From NCBI RefSeq assembly GCF_009914755.1, contig NC_060930.1: DNA of 64,000 nt. One strand, 5' to 3'. Position numbers and translations under genes: made by a program. This stretch comes from the human T2T-CHM13v2.0 reference genome, Homo sapiens. The notes under the pieces are model-generated. The model saw nothing but the letters and a program-made list of their open reading frames with translations. It was not told the DNA's origin and searched no databases. This document shows, piece after piece, positions 61,347 through 64,000 of this stretch (position 1 is its first letter; each line of letters opens with the position of its first letter).

Positions 61347-61815
61347 TGTGGTGGTTAATTTTATGTGTCAACTTGGCTGAGCCACAGTGATCGGGTATGT
61401 GATCAAACATTATTCTAGATGTCTCTCTGAGGATATTTTTGGACGGGATTAACATTTAAACTTATGGACTTTGAGTAAAACTGGTAGTCGATCACAATGT
61501 GAGTGACCTCACCAATGAGTTGAAGCCCCAAGTAAAATAAAAGAATGACCTCCCTGAACAAGGCAGAATTCTGCATCTCATGGCCTTTGAACTTGAACTG
61601 CAGTATCAACCCGTGTCTCCAGCTGATGTCCTTTGAATTTGAACTGCAGCATTGGCTTTTCTCCAAGTCTCCAGCCTATTGGCCCAACCCACAGATTTTG
61701 AACTTACCACCCTTCATAACCACATGACACAATTTCTTAAAATAAATCTCTCTATTGCTCTCTCTCTATATATATATCCTATTGGTTCTGTTTCTCTAGA
61801 GAACCCCAAGTAACA
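61347..61815 (+). mobile_element. MLT2 (MLT2B/D-like) ERVL solo LTR
   Basis: 'tgtggtggttaattttatgtgtcaacttgg...tcaaacattattct...cctattggttctgtttctctagagaaccc'. Confidence 0.88.
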
Positions 61816-62269
61816 CCAACGGATTGAATATTCACATGTGAGGAATTAAAAAGAGTTTTGAACCTTGGCAAAAACACTTTGAGATAGGTGTGGTTATTAT
61901 CCTGTTTTACATGAAGAAAACTAAAAAAAAAAGACAGAGATTAAATTATGTGGGCCTGGAACTCTGGCCGTGGGAGCCTGGAACTTTGGTTGTGAGGGCC
62001 TAGAGATCTTGCCCTTCCTGGAGGCCACCCAGCTTTTCAGCATACTCCTGCTGATGTAGTTTCAGGAGAACAAGTTGTTAAAGGCACTAAGCCACAACCT
62101 GCTGCAGGATACTCAAGGTTTCTGTGGGAATTTCATGCCCTCAAAGAGTCTAGTCTTTTAATTTCTGATCTCTATGTTCTATTTATTCCTTCTTATTTCA
62201 CACAAATGGCCATGGCCTCAAGTGTTCTGGAAAAAGTGAATTTGAGTGAGAAAATGACTTCTAAAAAAT

Positions 62270-62880
62270 CCTATTGGCTTTCCCTTCAAAAAACATGCAG
62301 GCTCCAACCATGTCTTATCCCTTCACTGATACATTTTGAGGTGAGTCACCATTATCTCCCTCCTAGATACTGCAATATTCCCCTAGCTAATCCTTCTCCT
62401 TTTATCCTAGTCCCTTTACTAACTACTCTCAAAACAGCTACAAGAGATAACAATGATATCTTAAATCAGATCAATTTACTCTGCTCCATCTCTTCAAAGG
62501 ATCCCAATCTGAGCAAAGGCCAACATTGTCACAGAGGTCTATAAGATTATATAGCTTCTCTTCCTACTCCATTAACTCTCTGAATTTACATACTCTCTTC
62601 AGTCACACTGGCCTCTCCCTTTCTACAGACTTGTCTGACATACCTAAAGTTCTTTCACACTGGGCAGTCCCTCCTCCTGAAATGCTCCCTGCCCAGAGAG
62701 CCATAGGGCTTACTCCCTCAACTCTTGCAAGTGTTGGGATAAATGAATCAATGAGAACTATCTCACCCATTCTATTTACAGTGGCACCATTTTACTCCCC
62801 CTTGCCTTTTTTTTTTTTTTTAATTTCTGTTTCAATAGCACTTGGGAGCATTGTAGGTGCTCCTTAACTATTTGTTGAAT
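62270..62880 (+). mobile_element. L2 3' fragment
   Basis: 'cctagatactgcaat...cagtcacactggcctc...gtaggtgctccttaactatttgttgaat'. Confidence 0.65.
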
Positions 62881-62963
62881 ATGTGTGACTATACCTTCAT
62901 TTGACCTTTTTCCACAGGCATGACTCTATTGTCTGGTCAAAGACGTTTAAAAGGGCCGTAGTC

Positions 62964-63233
<270 letters not shown>

Positions 63234-64000
63234 TCATAGTCTTACCACCACCTGCTAAAGCTTTAGTTTTGTCACTGGTGTTTCAGTATGGACACAGGGG
63301 TGATTGACTTTTTCACTCCTGTGAGGGTGTAAATTGTGGGACTCCCAGTAAGTGCAGTTTGGAGCCATATATAGATAATTTATCCTTCAGCAACGAAGAA
63401 AATAGTTTGTCTTTCTATTTCTACTTGAAAACTATCTACATTTAGCTTCAGTGCCTCTCTCTACTTTAAGAGTTCTTTAAAACCATCAAGCAGCAGTCAA
63501 CACTCTTCCATATTCTGAATGTGTTGTACTTTTCCTGCATGTTATGGCTCAGTCCATACTGTGTTCTCATACTTGGCCATTTTACTATTACATAACAATG
63601 GTCACCCATTCTCTAGACTAGAGTATCTGCACCACTCATTATCCAACTGCCTCTACTATGGCAACATCACATTTTAGTTTTTATTCTTGCAGCATTCCAC
63701 TTCCATTACAAAATTCTACCACATAGTTGAAATGCTTGCCTGCGTATGATAGAAAAAAAATGCCTTAAACAATATAGAAGTTTATTCATCTTTCATGCAA
63801 CACAAAACATATGAGGTCCAGGCTTCTTTCAATTCTCAGGTCCAACAAACTGAAAGTACAGCCTTCATTCTCATGGTCCAAGCAATATGCAAGAGTTTCA
63901 GTCATATCCTTCTCTTTTAGATAGTAGATAAAAGAACAGGACATTAAAAAAAAAAAGCAATCCTCTCTTAAAAGAGGCTTACAGGAATTCACAGGTAACA

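Overview
Primate (human-like) AT-rich, CpG-poor non-coding genomic DNA, intergenic or deep intronic. No host protein-coding exon, CpG island, tRNA or CRISPR array can be supported. The long ORFs come from L1, and many short ones come from Alu or LTR elements. Main content: a full-length but inactivated ~6.14 kb L1PA4/5-like LINE-1 with a 14-bp TSD (17591-23733); an internally deleted two-LTR THE1 element; two 5'-inverted (twin-primed) L1s; a 5.9-kb nested insertion stack (MLT1 > MER5A > L1MA > L1PA15/16, plus L1PA8A > AluY); 12 Alus; several LTRs; hAT DNA transposons; L2, MIR and CR1 relics; and a 3'-truncated 5S rRNA retropseudogene. The most unusual signals are two locally templated rearrangement scars. 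One is a multi-switch insertion inside an MLT1A LTR (33479-34445), combining a tandem copy, two inverted copies and an Alu half. The other is a templated insert in an L1MB (59409-59507). One L1 endonuclease target site also appears to have been used twice. Subfamily names come from recalled consensus sequences and need RepeatMasker/Dfam confirmation. Boundaries of old elements are approximate.
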